Assembly: GCA_010093815.1 (NCBI GenBank)
Contig: ML996569.1
Strand: one strand, 5' to 3'
DNA: 64,000 bases
Source: Pseudovirgaria hyperparasitica
Lineage: Eukaryota
In this document: one piece after another, positions 33,950 to 46,108 of the stretch
Position numbering within the stretch: the stretch's first letter is position 1
Layout: every line of letters starts with the position of its first letter
Position numbers and translations under genes: made by a program
Notes under the pieces: generated by a model
Seen by the model: the letters and a program-made list of their open reading frames with translations, nothing else
What the model was told of the DNA's origin: nothing
Database searches by the model: none

Positions 33950-36700
33950 TTAGACGTAGAGTCGTTCCTTTTGCAGACTGCCGATTCCTGAATGGCCTTG
34001 AACGCTCGCAAACGCCACGTGTCCCATCTTGGACCGAGGCTGGACATCGCCAATGCGGACTTCCATCCTCTTCAGTCTCTGAGCTCTTTCCATCGCACTA
34101 AACACACAACCTCCAGCCGGGAGGACGACGTAAGGATTATCGTACGTCATGCTGGCAACGTAACCCAGCATGTCCGGCGCTCTACATCTGATCTTCATGA
34201 TCAGACCTGCAATACCTAAGCACAGCAGTATACCAGACGAGGCCTCCATCACAGCCAACCACAGGAAGTTGCATTGGTATACCTTTTGAAACGTCTTGTT
34301 CGTCGCCATGGACGGGAATCCATACCAAGGTGCTACCACACTTTCAGAATCTCCATAATTAGTAACACCGGATGTTGCCGCTGTCATCGCCGTTCCGTTC
34401 TCCATTGTCGAATTTCCATATGGTCCAAACGCTGCAATCGGTGGTATGTTTCCAGCAAATGCAAACGGCCCTTGCGCAAGATGCAGATATGTGTTCATGA
34501 CTCTGGTGAATCGATCGTTGAAATCCTCCATGGTCACATGTTCCATATCAACGACTTGCGTGCCCGTACTGTAGACGTTGAGAGCCCCCCGGATGTACTT
34601 CTCGGTCATTGTCATTTCTTCAGATCTGCCGAATTGAACGCTACCGTGAGATCGCGGCAATTGCTCAAATAGGTTGGTTGTTGTCGTGTTCCAGTCTAAT
34701 ACGGTAATATTATTGTTTCGTTTACTGTACTTCTCCGCCTTTCTCATCTTGTTTGCGAGACAGCTGCCTTTGTCGCATCTAAAGACCACATCCACATATC
34801 TGGCTGTCACAGTACACCACCGCAGGATGGTATAGGACTCTGTCTCGTTTGGGGGCCAATATCGTGAACCGAACGTGATCGTGCGGGGATCTCTTAACGA
34901 GGGTTCATCCTTATCAAATGGGAAATTGTACTCGGGGACGTCTGCATCATAATTTATCCCATTCAGCCGTGCGTCTGTGAATGGAGTATCCGTATCCAGG
35001 AAAAATGTCGTCTGAGTCCCCTTCAATGCATCGCCAAATACATTTTCGCCAATCCGCCTCGTTGTGCCATTCAGCCCCCAGATCCTACCGAGGGGCAGCG
35101 TTTCATTACCGGAATATGGCAGCTTACCTTGCCACGGACAACTGAATTCCAGATATGAGCTTGTGACTTCAAGGTCCACTTCGTCTACGGGGAGCACGCC
35201 TGCCACGGGTATCCCTACCAAAGCTGAGTATTGACCTGGAGTCAACACGTCTGGTACTGGCAGCCAGCCGTTGTTGTCCGCTGTCACGTTGACCAAAGTA
35301 TCGATTCGAGGTATGCGCGGATTACCCCAGAGGTCTACTTTACTCATGCCATTTTGGCTTGGAGCGGTCAGGACAGCGTTGTACATGGCGTTCAGTGCAG
35401 CGTTGGTTGACGTTCCTTGGTTTCCATTGTTGAGTAATGAATGCGTATCTTGCAATGGGCTCATATTTCCAGTTGACATGTAAATGACCTGAGACTGATT
35501 TCCAATGGTCACGTTACCAAATTCAAGGACTCGGAGCGATGCTTGACCTCCGATTGGGGATAGGGCCCAGAGGAAGAACAGATGCGCACCCAGGACTGAC
35601 AAGCTTTTCAGAAGAACTTGACTTTCGAACGTGCCCCAGACCGTTTGGCTGGCCATCAGCAATTCCAAGGTCTGGTGTCGTTTAGTCATGGACAAACCTT
35701 TGGAACGAAAGTCACTTACCCCAAGCTTCGAACCATGCTCAGCACAGTATCTCGCAGTTATCTTCAACGCCTTTCCGGCAACAGCAGCGAACATGATTGG
35801 AAACAAGGTAGGCCCGAGGTCCATGGTGCGCTCAATGTTCTTCCCGAAACCATTGCCTTCAACCTCCTGGCCATGCAACTTCGCAATACATATCCCAAGG
35901 ACGATGAATGCAATTGGTGCAAAAGCCATGACAGCATCTCCAATCCCAAACAAAACGGCAAACTTACTTTTCTGGTTCAAATGATTCGGCGCAGAACTCC
36001 AAGCCTCCAACGGCGGTGAAGGAGTAGCTCCTTTCTCTCCCTGTTCGATTCGCTGCTGTGTTGGAATAGGCGACGTAGGAGACAATGGATAAGGAAGAGC
36101 ACGATAAGCATGTTGCTGTCGCTGCGGCTGGTCTCCATCATGGCGGGCTGGAGAGGACGTAGACGCCCGTCTTGCAAATTGCACAGCAACACGTGGTTCC
36201 CCGGCTTCACTTACGCTCCCTCCATGCTCCGGATCCGCTTCATGCTCGTGACCACCACGATCAGTGGAAGCGCGCACAGGCGAGACAGGCGAGCTGGCCT
36301 CGTCGTCCGGCGATGGATCCGACGCTGGCACACCGTACTGCTTTTCCTCATGCACGCGGCTCGATGCATGCGATCCGTTGCCTGTCACATCGTTGCCATT
36401 TGACTGCGCACCACGTAAGTCCGGCCATCGCTGTGAGTGTCTGAAAGCAGGATGGATCAGTTTCGGTGAAGATTCATCAACAGGTGAGACAATAATCTCA
36501 GGCGCACGGAGAGGCGGAAGTGGTTTTTCTTGTTGGCTCAACTTTGGTGTTGAGCAAGGTGCGCGAGGCAGCGTCGGTGATGACTGTGAGCGCGAAGATG
36601 AGAGAAGGAATGGACGCAGCGAGGTGCGGTTGTTGGTATTTGTGGGAACCTCTGATGAAGACTCGACGTCTGGTTTCAAAGGGCTGTGTTGTGTGGACAT
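33950..36700 (-). CDS. Large multi-pass membrane glycoprotein of unknown function
   Basis: 916-aa ORF with a probable 48-nt in-frame intron 35719-35672 (GTAAGT..CTAAAC..CAG). Disordered N-terminus, about three hydrophobic segments, LWALSPIGGQASLR motif, a large lumenal region with many N-x-S/T sequons, and a C-terminal TM followed by PDMLGYVASMTYDNPY. Confidence 0.85.
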   Translation of the reverse strand: MSTQHSPLKPDVESSSEVPTNTNNRTSLRPFLLSSSRSQSSPTLPRAPCSTPKLSQQEKPLPPLRAPEIIVSPVDESSPKLIHPAFRHSQRWPDLRGAQSNGNDVTGNGSHASSRVHEEKQYGVPASDPSPDDEASSPVSPVRASTDRGGHEHEADPEHGGSVSEAGEPRVAVQFARRASTSSPARHDGDQPQRQQHAYRALPYPLSPTSPIPTQQRIEQGEKGATPSPPLEAWSSAPNHLNQKSKFAVLFGIGDAVMAFAPIAFIVLGICIAKLHGQEVEGNGFGKNIERTMDLGPTLFPIMFAAVAGKALKITARYCAEHGSKLGVSDFRSKGLSMTKRHQTLELLMASQTVWGTFESQVLLKSLSVLGAHLFFLWALSPIGGQASLRVLEFGNVTIGNQSQVIYMSTGNMSPLQDTHSLLNNGNQGTSTNAALNAMYNAVLTAPSQNGMSKVDLWGNPRIPRIDTLVNVTADNNGWLPVPDVLTPGQYSALVGIPVAGVLPVDEVDLEVTSSYLEFSCPWQGKLPYSGNETLPLGRIWGLNGTTRRIGENVFGDALKGTQTTFFLDTDTPFTDARLNGINYDADVPEYNFPFDKDEPSLRDPRTITFGSRYWPPNETESYTILRWCTVTARYVDVVFRCDKGSCLANKMRKAEKYSKRNNNITVLDWNTTTTNLFEQLPRSHGSVQFGRSEEMTMTEKYIRGALNVYSTGTQVVDMEHVTMEDFNDRFTRVMNTYLHLAQGPFAFAGNIPPIAAFGPYGNSTMENGTAMTAATSGVTNYGDSESVVAPWYGFPSMATNKTFQKVYQCNFLWLAVMEASSGILLCLGIAGLIMKIRCRAPDMLGYVASMTYDNPYVVLPAGGCVFSAMERAQRLKRMEVRIGDVQPRSKMGHVAFASVQGHSGIGSLQKERLYV

Positions 36701-38621
36701 TATGCTTATGTACCATGCAACGCCGCACCCTTAATCCGCAGGGTACTGGGATGGTTGTGCTAGGATCAACGTCCGCGATAGAGGGCTGACAACACCAAAA
36801 ACGTCCGTAATGAGGTAATATCGTGAGGCTCATACGGAGTCTCACGAAATGAACACAAAAGTGAAGAAGATTCAAAAGAAGTGCAGAAGTACATGCAGCA
36901 CACCAAACCGGCGCTTCGACTGCATATACATACTCACTCTCTCTCCATCCTCTTGCCTTCTTCTCCAGCACTTTCTTCCCTGTATGCGGCACAGCAAGAT
37001 TCCTATATCTAGCATCCTAGCCCACCTAGCAAAACAACCACCCCAAATTAGCCCCACGCCTGCGCTTAAATAAACTGCCCTGTACCCAGTCTCCGGCCCT
37101 CAAATTGACTAATTACATCGAGCCGCTGCGCCAGGCTGCATATTCTGCCACTTAGCCAGCGGCAAAACTGGAGCACATCGTACGCACACTGCAGTTAAAA
37201 CGTCCCGAAATGCGCTAGCGCAGCGGCGGGAGCGGTTTCGGGACGCGCCCGCTGCATCGTCTTGTGATTGGTAGATCGCTTTTCGGATGCCCTTTCTCGG
37301 CGGAACTAGCACGGATTCGGAGTAGAAAGTGGGGTTTGATTGGCTGGAGTCTGGCGCGCAGTGTAGTACCGATGCCTAGCGCGAGGCTGAGAGGATAAGC
37401 GCTGGGTGTTGTGGTGGGGTTCTGAGGATATGAGATGTCATCGATGTTGAGAGAGGGCAAGATTTGGCGGAGTTTGGCGGAGTAGATTTGTTGGTGTGGG
37501 TTTTTTTAAGGAAATGATGTTAATTACCCTCACGGGAAGTTTTTCTTGCGTATTTGGGTTGCGGTTTTTGCTGGTTCGTTTGGAGTCTGCCTTGGTGCAT
37601 GCCTAGAGGAGGTGGAGTATGGATGGGAGATGTGGAAGCTTGTCTGGCGGTCGGAAAAGGAGTGACATTCGAGTGTTGTTGGTCTGTTGCCTTTTGTTGT
37701 GTTGAGGTTGGGCTGATAGAAGGGCTGTTTGCCTGACGCAGAAATCGAACCAGTGTGCAATTTCAGTTGTGGATGCTTGACAATGGTCAGCGCTACCTGC
37801 ATTATACCAACAAGAATGTGTTTAGAGCTACGTGTGTACTGTGCGTTGTGTGCTGTTGGCCGAGATGTGTTGTCGACGACTAGAGCTCATACCGAAACCC
37901 TTTCCCCTATGGATGCCAATGCCATGTTTTAGCAGGTCATAAGCACATCAATGTCTGCGGATCTACAAAGCCGCTCTAACATGCGGTCAGAGTGCCAGTA
38001 GAGGTCTATGAATTAGCTTGATCAAATGAGAGTTTACTAGTATATCTGGACCTCCTATATGCGCTAGATATATCCGATAGAAAAGGGGTATTCTCCGAGG
38101 AGATGTTTATTGATTTAACAAAGCCACATGTGTATGTTGAGAGCTCGAGAGCTATGAATGTGCAATGAGAACCCTACGGTATGTTCTTAGGTTCCAAAAA
38201 AAAAAACCAGGCACATTTGGCGGTAGTTATGATAATCCATATCGATGATCGCCTCGGCTCAACGCTCTCCAACATCTGTGTAATGGTAAGGTTTTATGCG
38301 CTACTACTTCTTGTTGTAAAGTTAAACTGAGTTACTACTAGGTGCTCAATATTATGACCAAGTAGAAAACTACGCCTCCTGTCCTCTTGTTGTGGCTAGT
38401 GTAGCTGTCCTTAAGAAGAGGCATACTTCGACATCTATGTGATCTATTACGGGATTAGTCGACAACAAATGATATTTCAGGTACAACTAGTCTTGAAATA
38501 AGTATTACATTAGTAGAGTGAAGACTCTGTAGAGGGGAAGCTATATACTAGCCAGTACCCCACAGCCGGAACGATTACGCCAAATCCAATGCCGAGTTTG
38601 TTTGACCTGAAACTTTTTTTT

Positions 38622-39257
38622 TCAGAATACGTCAATAACTTTTGGTCCCGGGGATGGGGTATTCAGTTGTGGCACTCTGCTTGTGGAGGTGTTCGTGGGT
38701 CCAAAAGACAGGGTTGATGTTGGCTGGCTTTCGTTCTTTTTGAGGTAGAAATAGTGACTGTTTGCGTCGGGCGTCGTTGAACCCTCTCGATAGAGGCCTA
38801 TGATCAATGGTATTAGTGCCAGAGCTGTGAATGATACCATGTGCAGTCCAATTTGCCATACTCATATAGAAGATGTTTGACGTCTGAAGGTCTTTCCTGG
38901 TTCCGACAAGCCAGGTATATCGCGTGAGACCAATTGCGCCCTCTAATAAATAGTTTAGCCTTATGTATGTACTCTGGAGGAAGCAAAGAAAGGAAAGGAA
39001 AGGAGTCTCATACGGGCCAAGTACTCCATGTCTTCCACCCAATCACCACTCGGCGTAGCCAGCTGATATAGAACAAGGGACGTCGCTTTGCCTTCCTCCC
39101 CGGCCTTCCATATTATAGTAAGTGTTGAGCCCAATGTAAAGGTAGGGTTACTGCTAAAGTCGCCGGGCTCTCCAAAGGGCGGGGGGTTGACGAATTGCAT
39201 AGTACATAATGCCCTGGTTATCCATACAGCTATGAAAATAGCATATATGGTAGACAT
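38622..39257 (-). CDS. Secreted-domain protein with Ser/Thr stalk, apparently C-terminally truncated (possible pseudogene of a single-pass membrane protein)
   Basis: Exons 39257-39014, 38942-38862, 38797-38622 with GTATGA..CTAAAC..TAG and GTATGG..CTAAT..TAG introns splice in frame: MSTIYAIFIAVWITRALC-TMQFVNPPP...YMSLYREGSTTPDANSHYFYL... Remnants of a frameshifted TM follow the stop. Confidence 0.7.
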
Positions 39258-41169
39258 AAGTAGAGAGTGGATCAGAGAAGTGATCAGTGACGACCTTCCA
39301 GTATCTCAACCTGTGAAATCGAGAGGGCGAGAGGCTGCAGGCCAGGGCTAACGGCCCTAATGAAGACGAACTCGGGCTGCATGGAACTAAACATGTCCAC
39401 AAGGCTGACTCGGTTTGTTCTTGTACCTGGCTACTAAATAGAAAAAGGGCGCAGTCAACTTTGCATGGGTGGCCTGCCAGTTTCATCAGCGACCCATAGA
39501 TTTCTTACCTCTAAGTGGAGTTTATGCAATATGTACCCCGTAACTGATGCTAGTATGTAATAGCCGGGACGTCAACAGACCGCTTTGGTGTTGGTATCAG
39601 GAAGCTATCATTGCGGCGCAACTGAATATAATATACAGTCCTTTTTAGACTTCATACTAGTAGAACGAGCACAAGGTGGAAGTTCAGCATAACTGCCAAT
39701 GCTTGAACGACTACAGCGGGGACGCGAGAATATATAAGGTTGACTCATGGGCCACGACTACGTAAACGTTCAGACCGGGACGGATAATTATACATGCATG
39801 AACATGGCAAATGGTCAAAGTCAGAGGCAATTTGAGTGTCTGGGAATCTGCCAACTCAACCACTCATGAGTGAGTTCGCGCCGAGCCAGTGCAATCCTAC
39901 CGGCATATTCAGTACAGGCATATATAGATAGTATACCAGGACAATAGGTATATGAACCTAATATACGTTTAGTAAGTCTAGAGACCTACGCAAAGCAGTC
40001 TAGTAGCTACTTCTTTGAGTTTGGTATGAAGGCCGGACCGTATCACTCAAGTGAAAAGAGTATATAGGTGATTACAAGGCGTTGAATACATAGTGTTCTC
40101 ATACCTTGGACCCAGCTTTCTGATCAAATTGGAGCTCGTGCCACACATAGTCCTTTAGAGGATGATTTTTTGTGGCTCCCCCGGCTCGAACTGTCACCCT
40201 TCATATGTCATTAGCTGGGCGCACAGAGCAAGTGCATGATACAGCGTCAAAGCGGCTATACTAGTTGTTTCATTGATACGCTCTCTCTCGTGTATCTCAG
40301 ACTCAGAATGTGAGAAATCCGTACTCCTCCGTGCATGTAGTCTCTTCTATTATGCATCTCTCTCTAAGATGTGTGTACCGACAGGCGGTCGTCGCGGCAG
40401 TCGAATGTTATCATTATGTCTGCAAGATCTATACGTCACTACTTTCGTGTATCGCTCTACCACTCAGCCTGGAAGTTATTAAACCGCCACTCGATGCTAG
40501 CAGCTGTAGAGTGGAGGGAACAACGTGCCAATTAGATCCGTCTATCAAAGATTGATAGCTTAGATAGTAGAACGAACTATGAAACCGTTCACTCTACTCT
40601 CTCGAGCTGCCTAATTTAGCTTGGTATACTTTGACTTATATTCATTCCCAGTGCCTAGTGATACAAAAGCAATGCTCTTTCAACTCTTAGTTAGATAGCT
40701 CTATTACTATTCTTGGCTCAGATCTCTAGTACTTAGATAGCTTGCTAGTTAGCCATAGAACCATATGCTTGCTCCGTACATCAACTCCATGATTCCCTAC
40801 CTTCATCACCAACGAATGCAAATTAACTATCTGACCAAGGTCTACTCTAGGGCTACGTGCGGCGATATATTGGACTTGTACAGCTGGATGACCTAAATGC
40901 TTTGTATCAATAATAGATCTGAACACAAGAGAGCGGACCAGAACTCATACATTATCATATCATAGAACTAGTCTCGAAAGAGAGAAGTGATGCAGCCTGC
41001 ATTAAGAGGATACGCGGAGCTAGCGTACCCAGAATGTCAGGGACCTAAACTATCCAAATCCGCACATTATCTACGAGGTTTCGGGCACACCGGGACAAAG
41101 AAGACTTGGCTCAACAAGCCACGGAAAGCCTTTTCTTTTCTTTTCAAGTTACACCGCACATTCCAGTCA

Positions 41170-42066
41170 CTAAGAAACACTCTTGAACTGCGAACACGGA
41201 ATATAGTTCCGCTCGACAAAAGCAAAGTCCGCCTTGATGCCAAACACACCCTCAAACACACTATCAGTAGGATACACCGGTCTGTTCAGCACCACCCGAC
41301 CCTCGACCGGCACCGGGCTGAAGTCTCCAGTCGAAATACTAGTATCGAACAACGTGACGAAGTTGTCGCACAGCGTGCCATTATTAGTCAGAACCTGATT
41401 CAGAATATTCTCGTACAGCGCCAAAGAATACGGTTGCGCTCTACATGGTTTGAACCGCGTGTGCACGAGCGGCCTCTTCGAATGCACGTCGTCATGAAGC
41501 GGGTACGCAGCAAACGTGACCGACGACGCAGCGGTGCGCTCAGAAGTTTCATACATGTATGCCTCGCACGGCGGGTCGAACCGGCCAACAAGAGGCTGGG
41601 GAGGTCCGTACAGCGCCGCGCCCTCAACAGCGAGTGGATTGTCAGACATGACTATGCTATGTAGCAGGCGGAAACTCGTCCGGCCATCGTGGAGGAGATC
41701 GACGAACGGGAGGGTTATGGCGGATCGCGTGAAGTCTGGGATCCTAAGTGAGGTACCGACGCCAACGTCATGGTCCAGGACTGACTGCACGATGAGCGGA
41801 TACTTGTTGCGTGGGAAGTCGGGCTGCAGAGCGTAGAGTTCGTACAGGTTGATGCCGTATTGTGGTGGTATCAAAGACCGAGCTGCTGACAAGTCTATTG
41901 GAATGATTGCATGGGTACCGTTAATTGTTCCGGTAGTTTCGTTTGGATATGTAGTCGCAATGGGATTGGGCAATGATTCTGTGCTATTGCACGAAGTCGA
42001 CACCGATTTACATATTAATTCTAGAAGAATGACGACAGAGAGAACGAAATTATGGGGAGGCAACAT
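41170..42066 (-). CDS. Secreted protein of unknown function (298 aa)
   Basis: Intronless ORF with hydrophobic N-terminus (FVLSVVILLELICKSVS), sequons NST/NET/NGT, several Cys and coding-like composition. Confidence 0.8.
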   Translation of the reverse strand: MLPPHNFVLSVVILLELICKSVSTSCNSTESLPNPIATTYPNETTGTINGTHAIIPIDLSAARSLIPPQYGINLYELYALQPDFPRNKYPLIVQSVLDHDVGVGTSLRIPDFTRSAITLPFVDLLHDGRTSFRLLHSIVMSDNPLAVEGAALYGPPQPLVGRFDPPCEAYMYETSERTAASSVTFAAYPLHDDVHSKRPLVHTRFKPCRAQPYSLALYENILNQVLTNNGTLCDNFVTLFDTSISTGDFSPVPVEGRVVLNRPVYPTDSVFEGVFGIKADFAFVERNYIPCSQFKSVS

Positions 42067-42702
42067 GGCGAGACAGCGACATACTCTGTCTTCGAAATGA
42101 GTTGCTGCTCAGCTCATATATTATTGCCCTCAATTAATGTCAGCTGTATATGCATTGTGACGTTGACAGCAGGGATGCCTCGTATTCATCCATGTACGCC
42201 TTAGCTTGGCATGCACATATCCTATTGTGAGATGTTACTGAATGCTATGTATCTGTGAGAACAACATTCGTTTGCTCCCCTTAGATCACTGCCTACTGAC
42301 AAGCAGCTGTCCGATCTAGGTAGTTGTGAACTGGTAGAATATGAATCAAGTTTCTCGCTAGTCGCGTCAGTAAGCAATTCGGAGACACCCGAGACCTGCT
42401 GTAGCTTCGCACTACCATTTTGATAACCCAATGCGGCAGTCGGATACCCCCAATTAATCTTGTAACATCTTGTGTTCAACTATCCAGGCAAGTCGCCGGG
42501 TGATTTTAGGCCGTAACCGCCACCGAGTCACTCATCTGGCGCATGCATTATGAATATTCGGCCGCCATGAGTAAACCAGTTGTGCCAGCTAGTCTCTTGA
42601 GTGCACTGTTTTGGTGCACATGTAATGTGCCGATATGTATCTATCATGAAGCCGTGTACTGTATACCAAGTCTCTATGATGGTGTTCATCGAACACATGG
42701 CG

Positions 42703-43761
42703 TTATTCTACGGCGAAGGGTGACTGATCCCCGTATATCCGGAACTGAGCGAAAATGGTAACGTCTTCGACCATTGTTCCTAGGGAGCCGATGAGCCAGG
42801 GAAGATTGGTCAGAAAGTACTCTTTATCGGTAGAATGAAAGAGAATGCCAGCCCCGTATGTCAAATTTCCTGTCAGTGAGAGCATGAAAAATAGAAGGGA
42901 CAATCCTTCACAGCTCTTATCGCGATAATTCTTGATAATTTGAGGAATGCGCGCACTGGAAGTGGTTAGCTATCTACGCCTGAAAAAATTCCGGCTGAGA
43001 CACTACTTACCCGAGGTAGCAGACAGCACTGCCATAACCCAGGATTTCGGCACCGATTGGCATCGGCTGCGGATCAGTCACGACGGGAACAGGTTTCCAG
43101 ACACCAGAGCTCCATGCGATAGCCCATGCTCCAGTGCCGACAGTGAGTATACCAACAACACAGAGGGTATTTTTGAGCCATTCGCGACCACCGGTCTCCT
43201 CCTCTACAATTGAGGCAAGGGAATCACGGCGATTGACACTCTCTCGATGTAAACGGGAAGCGGCAGACGATTTGCGCCGATGCGAACCGGGTAAGCCAGT
43301 ATTGTCACTGTCCCTCCGACTCAGCAACGGCTCGTCCTCGCTATCGTATGTTCCGTTGGAACGAGTAGATAGTTTCCGCTCTTTCCTCGCGTTCTTGACA
43401 TTATAGTATACGCATTGGGTGATGAGTGCCAGGTCGGAGAAGCAGAAATACACAGCGATCAAGATGACCGTGGGTACAAGGCCAGCCCATATAGCACCTA
43501 TAAGGTTGGCAATGTCGCCGACGAACCAGACGACGATGAACGCGAGGGAGACTGCCTCAGCAGAGCCTTGTTTGTAGTTCTCAATCAGCTGTGGGACCTG
43601 ATCGAGTGTCAGCAAGGCCGGCGGCGGTACGTAGTAGAGTTTGTAGTTACCAAGACAAAGATCCAGCAGACGAGCGAGATTGAACCGAAGATTCCTGAAA
43701 GAGCTTCAGGAGCAGTCAGATGAATGTCCTGGGCAGCCGCTGCAAGAGACATGGCCATCAT
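42703..43761 (-). CDS. PQ-loop vacuolar cationic amino acid transporter (Ypq1/2/3 family)
   Basis: Exons 43761-43651, 43597-43011, 42955-42703. Two PQ loops (VL|VPQLIENY..SAEAVS and G|ARIPQIIKNY..SCEGLS) and the ending LPWLIGSLGTMVED..IFAQF..Y. Confidence 0.92.
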
Positions 43762-44611
43762 TGTGTGATCAGGAAGGAGGACGGAGTCGAAGAGATATCG
43801 TCCAAGAGCGTCGCATGGGCACGTACATTGAAAACCTCACATGTCCGTTGGGATTGACTAGGAAGTTTTCTTTATCTTAGCGCCTCAGGCTGAAGCTTGA
43901 TACCAGCCATGATTGGCGAAGGAGGTTGGTTCACGACGGGAAGATCGATACCCAGCAGGCGAACATGTTCATGCGATGGCCATTATTGCAGAATGCCTGA
44001 AGATGGAAATGCCATGTAGCTCCGTTGGTGACATTCGCATAAAGCACCGTTCTCATCTTGTAAGGACTAATAAGGGCATTGATTGAAACATCCATTCAGG
44101 CATCCATGCAGGTCTACTGGGCTGTGCAGTGCAACAGTGGAGTCCGTGGGTGCAATCGCTATTGGATTCTAGCCAGAACAGGTCTACGCGCAGGTACCTT
44201 ACGCAAACTCCCCAAGTCCGAAAGCCCCGAGTCCCTATCCATCCATCCGTTCAGCCGCCATCGATGCACCACCCGCCCTTCTCCACCATCCATCCACCAA
44301 CCAGCCCTGCAGAGACTGCCAGCAGCTGACCAACTTTTCACTTTTCACACCCACAGGGCTATCTTTCAATCTTCGTCGCCGTTCGTTCGACTCTTTTACC
44401 ACTCCTCTTCGTATATCGGTCGTCGACATCTTCCTCTTCGCACTCACTACGCTCGTTACGTCTTCTCCTGTTCGCCACTCCCTCCAGACATTGGGACACA
44501 TCTCTCGAACTTACGCGTCAGCATCAGACAGACCGTCGGGCACCGCACTCAGAACCTTTCGTCCAACAAGAGCTTCGCACGTTTACCCACGTCCTCACTC
44601 GAACAACAAAA

Positions 44612-45415
44612 ATGCGCTTCGGTGGACGTTCCCGCCTCATCGGCATGGGCCTATTCGCCATCATGTCAGTCTCCGCCGCATCGGAAATGATCTTGCCTCT
44701 GGGCGAAGGCATCTTCCATAAGAGACAGGACACTACGGCTGTCTCAAGCCGTCCTCCAGCCGCGTCCAGCGGAGGAGACACTCCAGTACCTACCAGTTCT
44801 CCAGAGGAACCGTCTTCAGTAGCACCAACCTCAGCAGCTCCGACCTCTGCTCAGCCAACACAGGATGACAATTCGTCTGGCGACTCTTCTCCAACACCTA
44901 CATCAAATCGACCCTCTTCGAATGGTGGTGACGCTGCTACCACTGTTCGTACGACGCTCTCTGAAACTCTTGAAACTACACCTCTTGTCACTCAGGTAAC
45001 AAGAATTACTGTCATTACTTCTCGTGTCACATCAGGATCGTCCGTTTTCGACACGGCCATTACTTCGGAAGTGGTCAGTGAGATGACCACTGGCTCTGCT
45101 GTGGCGACTTTGTCTCCAAGCAATGACGGCTCCAACTCTGACGGCGGCCTGAGTTCCACAAATCAAAAGATTGTCGGGGGAGTAGTGGGTGGCGTGGGTG
45201 GTGCTCTCCTGCTTGGAGGCATCGTCCTTGTATTCCTACGCCTCCGCAAGAAGCGTCAAAATAAGGTTCAAATCGATGACGACTTCGCCGGCATGGACTA
45301 TAAGCGCAACGAGAACAGTCGCAACAGCGAACCGTTGAACAACTCAACGTTCCAAAACGCCAATGACCAGTATCATCAGCCTGCTGCTCGACCAAATGCT
45401 GCCGCGAACTTCTAA
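44612..45415 (+). CDS. Mid2-family cell-wall stress sensor (MidA/MtlA-like)
   Basis: Signal peptide, KR, S/T-rich stalk, GLSSTNQKIVGGVVGGVGGALLLGGIVLVFL TM, RLRKKR stop-transfer, tail ending NAAANF. Confidence 0.85.
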   Translation: MRFGGRSRLIGMGLFAIMSVSAASEMILPLGEGIFHKRQDTTAVSSRPPAASSGGDTPVPTSSPEEPSSVAPTSAAPTSAQPTQDDNSSGDSSPTPTSNRPSSNGGDAATTVRTTLSETLETTPLVTQVTRITVITSRVTSGSSVFDTAITSEVVSEMTTGSAVATLSPSNDGSNSDGGLSSTNQKIVGGVVGGVGGALLLGGIVLVFLRLRKKRQNKVQIDDDFAGMDYKRNENSRNSEPLNNSTFQNANDQYHQPAARPNAAANF

Positions 45416-46108
45416 TCCCACATATGCGCTCACCAAAACTTACGAATAATGACATACCTACCCAATCGTCCTCTGTAAATTCTATCGAAGCCTTTACCAG
45501 ACCATCGAGTCAATCGATACATAGCATAGGTGTTTCATGGCCCTTATGCTGCATTAATAGTATTGCAATTTGCTGGTCAGACTTTGGAACATTACAGACC
45601 TGTTTCTTGTCACTCATTTGCGCTCTTGCGGAGCTTCCTCATCTTGGGCAGCTATATCAAACCACACCTCATTAGTTCTTTTTTTTGCACTAGCAATACT
45701 ATAGATGGAAAGGCTACGATACGCCGTCAACATGTATCTCAATATAATAATGAACCTCCGTACTATATTCAGTATTGGACAAAAGTATGTTTTCACCTTT
45801 CGCAAAGCGACCTTAACTTGTTGTTGCATCAGTCAAATCAAGTCAAGACCATCAAATGGTTTCCGTGTGATTTAATGAGGCAGTTCTGGCAGAACACGGT
45901 CGATCATCGATGTGGTGGCCATGTAGGCGCCGTTTCAGATTTGTCTCAGGACTACGCCGTAATGTAGGCAGAACAGGAGGCAACTTATGCGCCTTAGATC
46001 TACCTTGGATAGATTATTCCAGCATATATACTGGCTCCCGTCCTAGACTGTCACATGCGTAGATGCTGTTACTCACATCATACCTATGAACGCTATTGAA
46101 TATGAAAT

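Noticed and set aside
40166..40260. tRNA-like GTTCGAG on the minus strand; partial 5S-like words near 1120 and 50480
   Set aside because: The T-stem and acceptor stem do not pair, and there is no extended 5S similarity.
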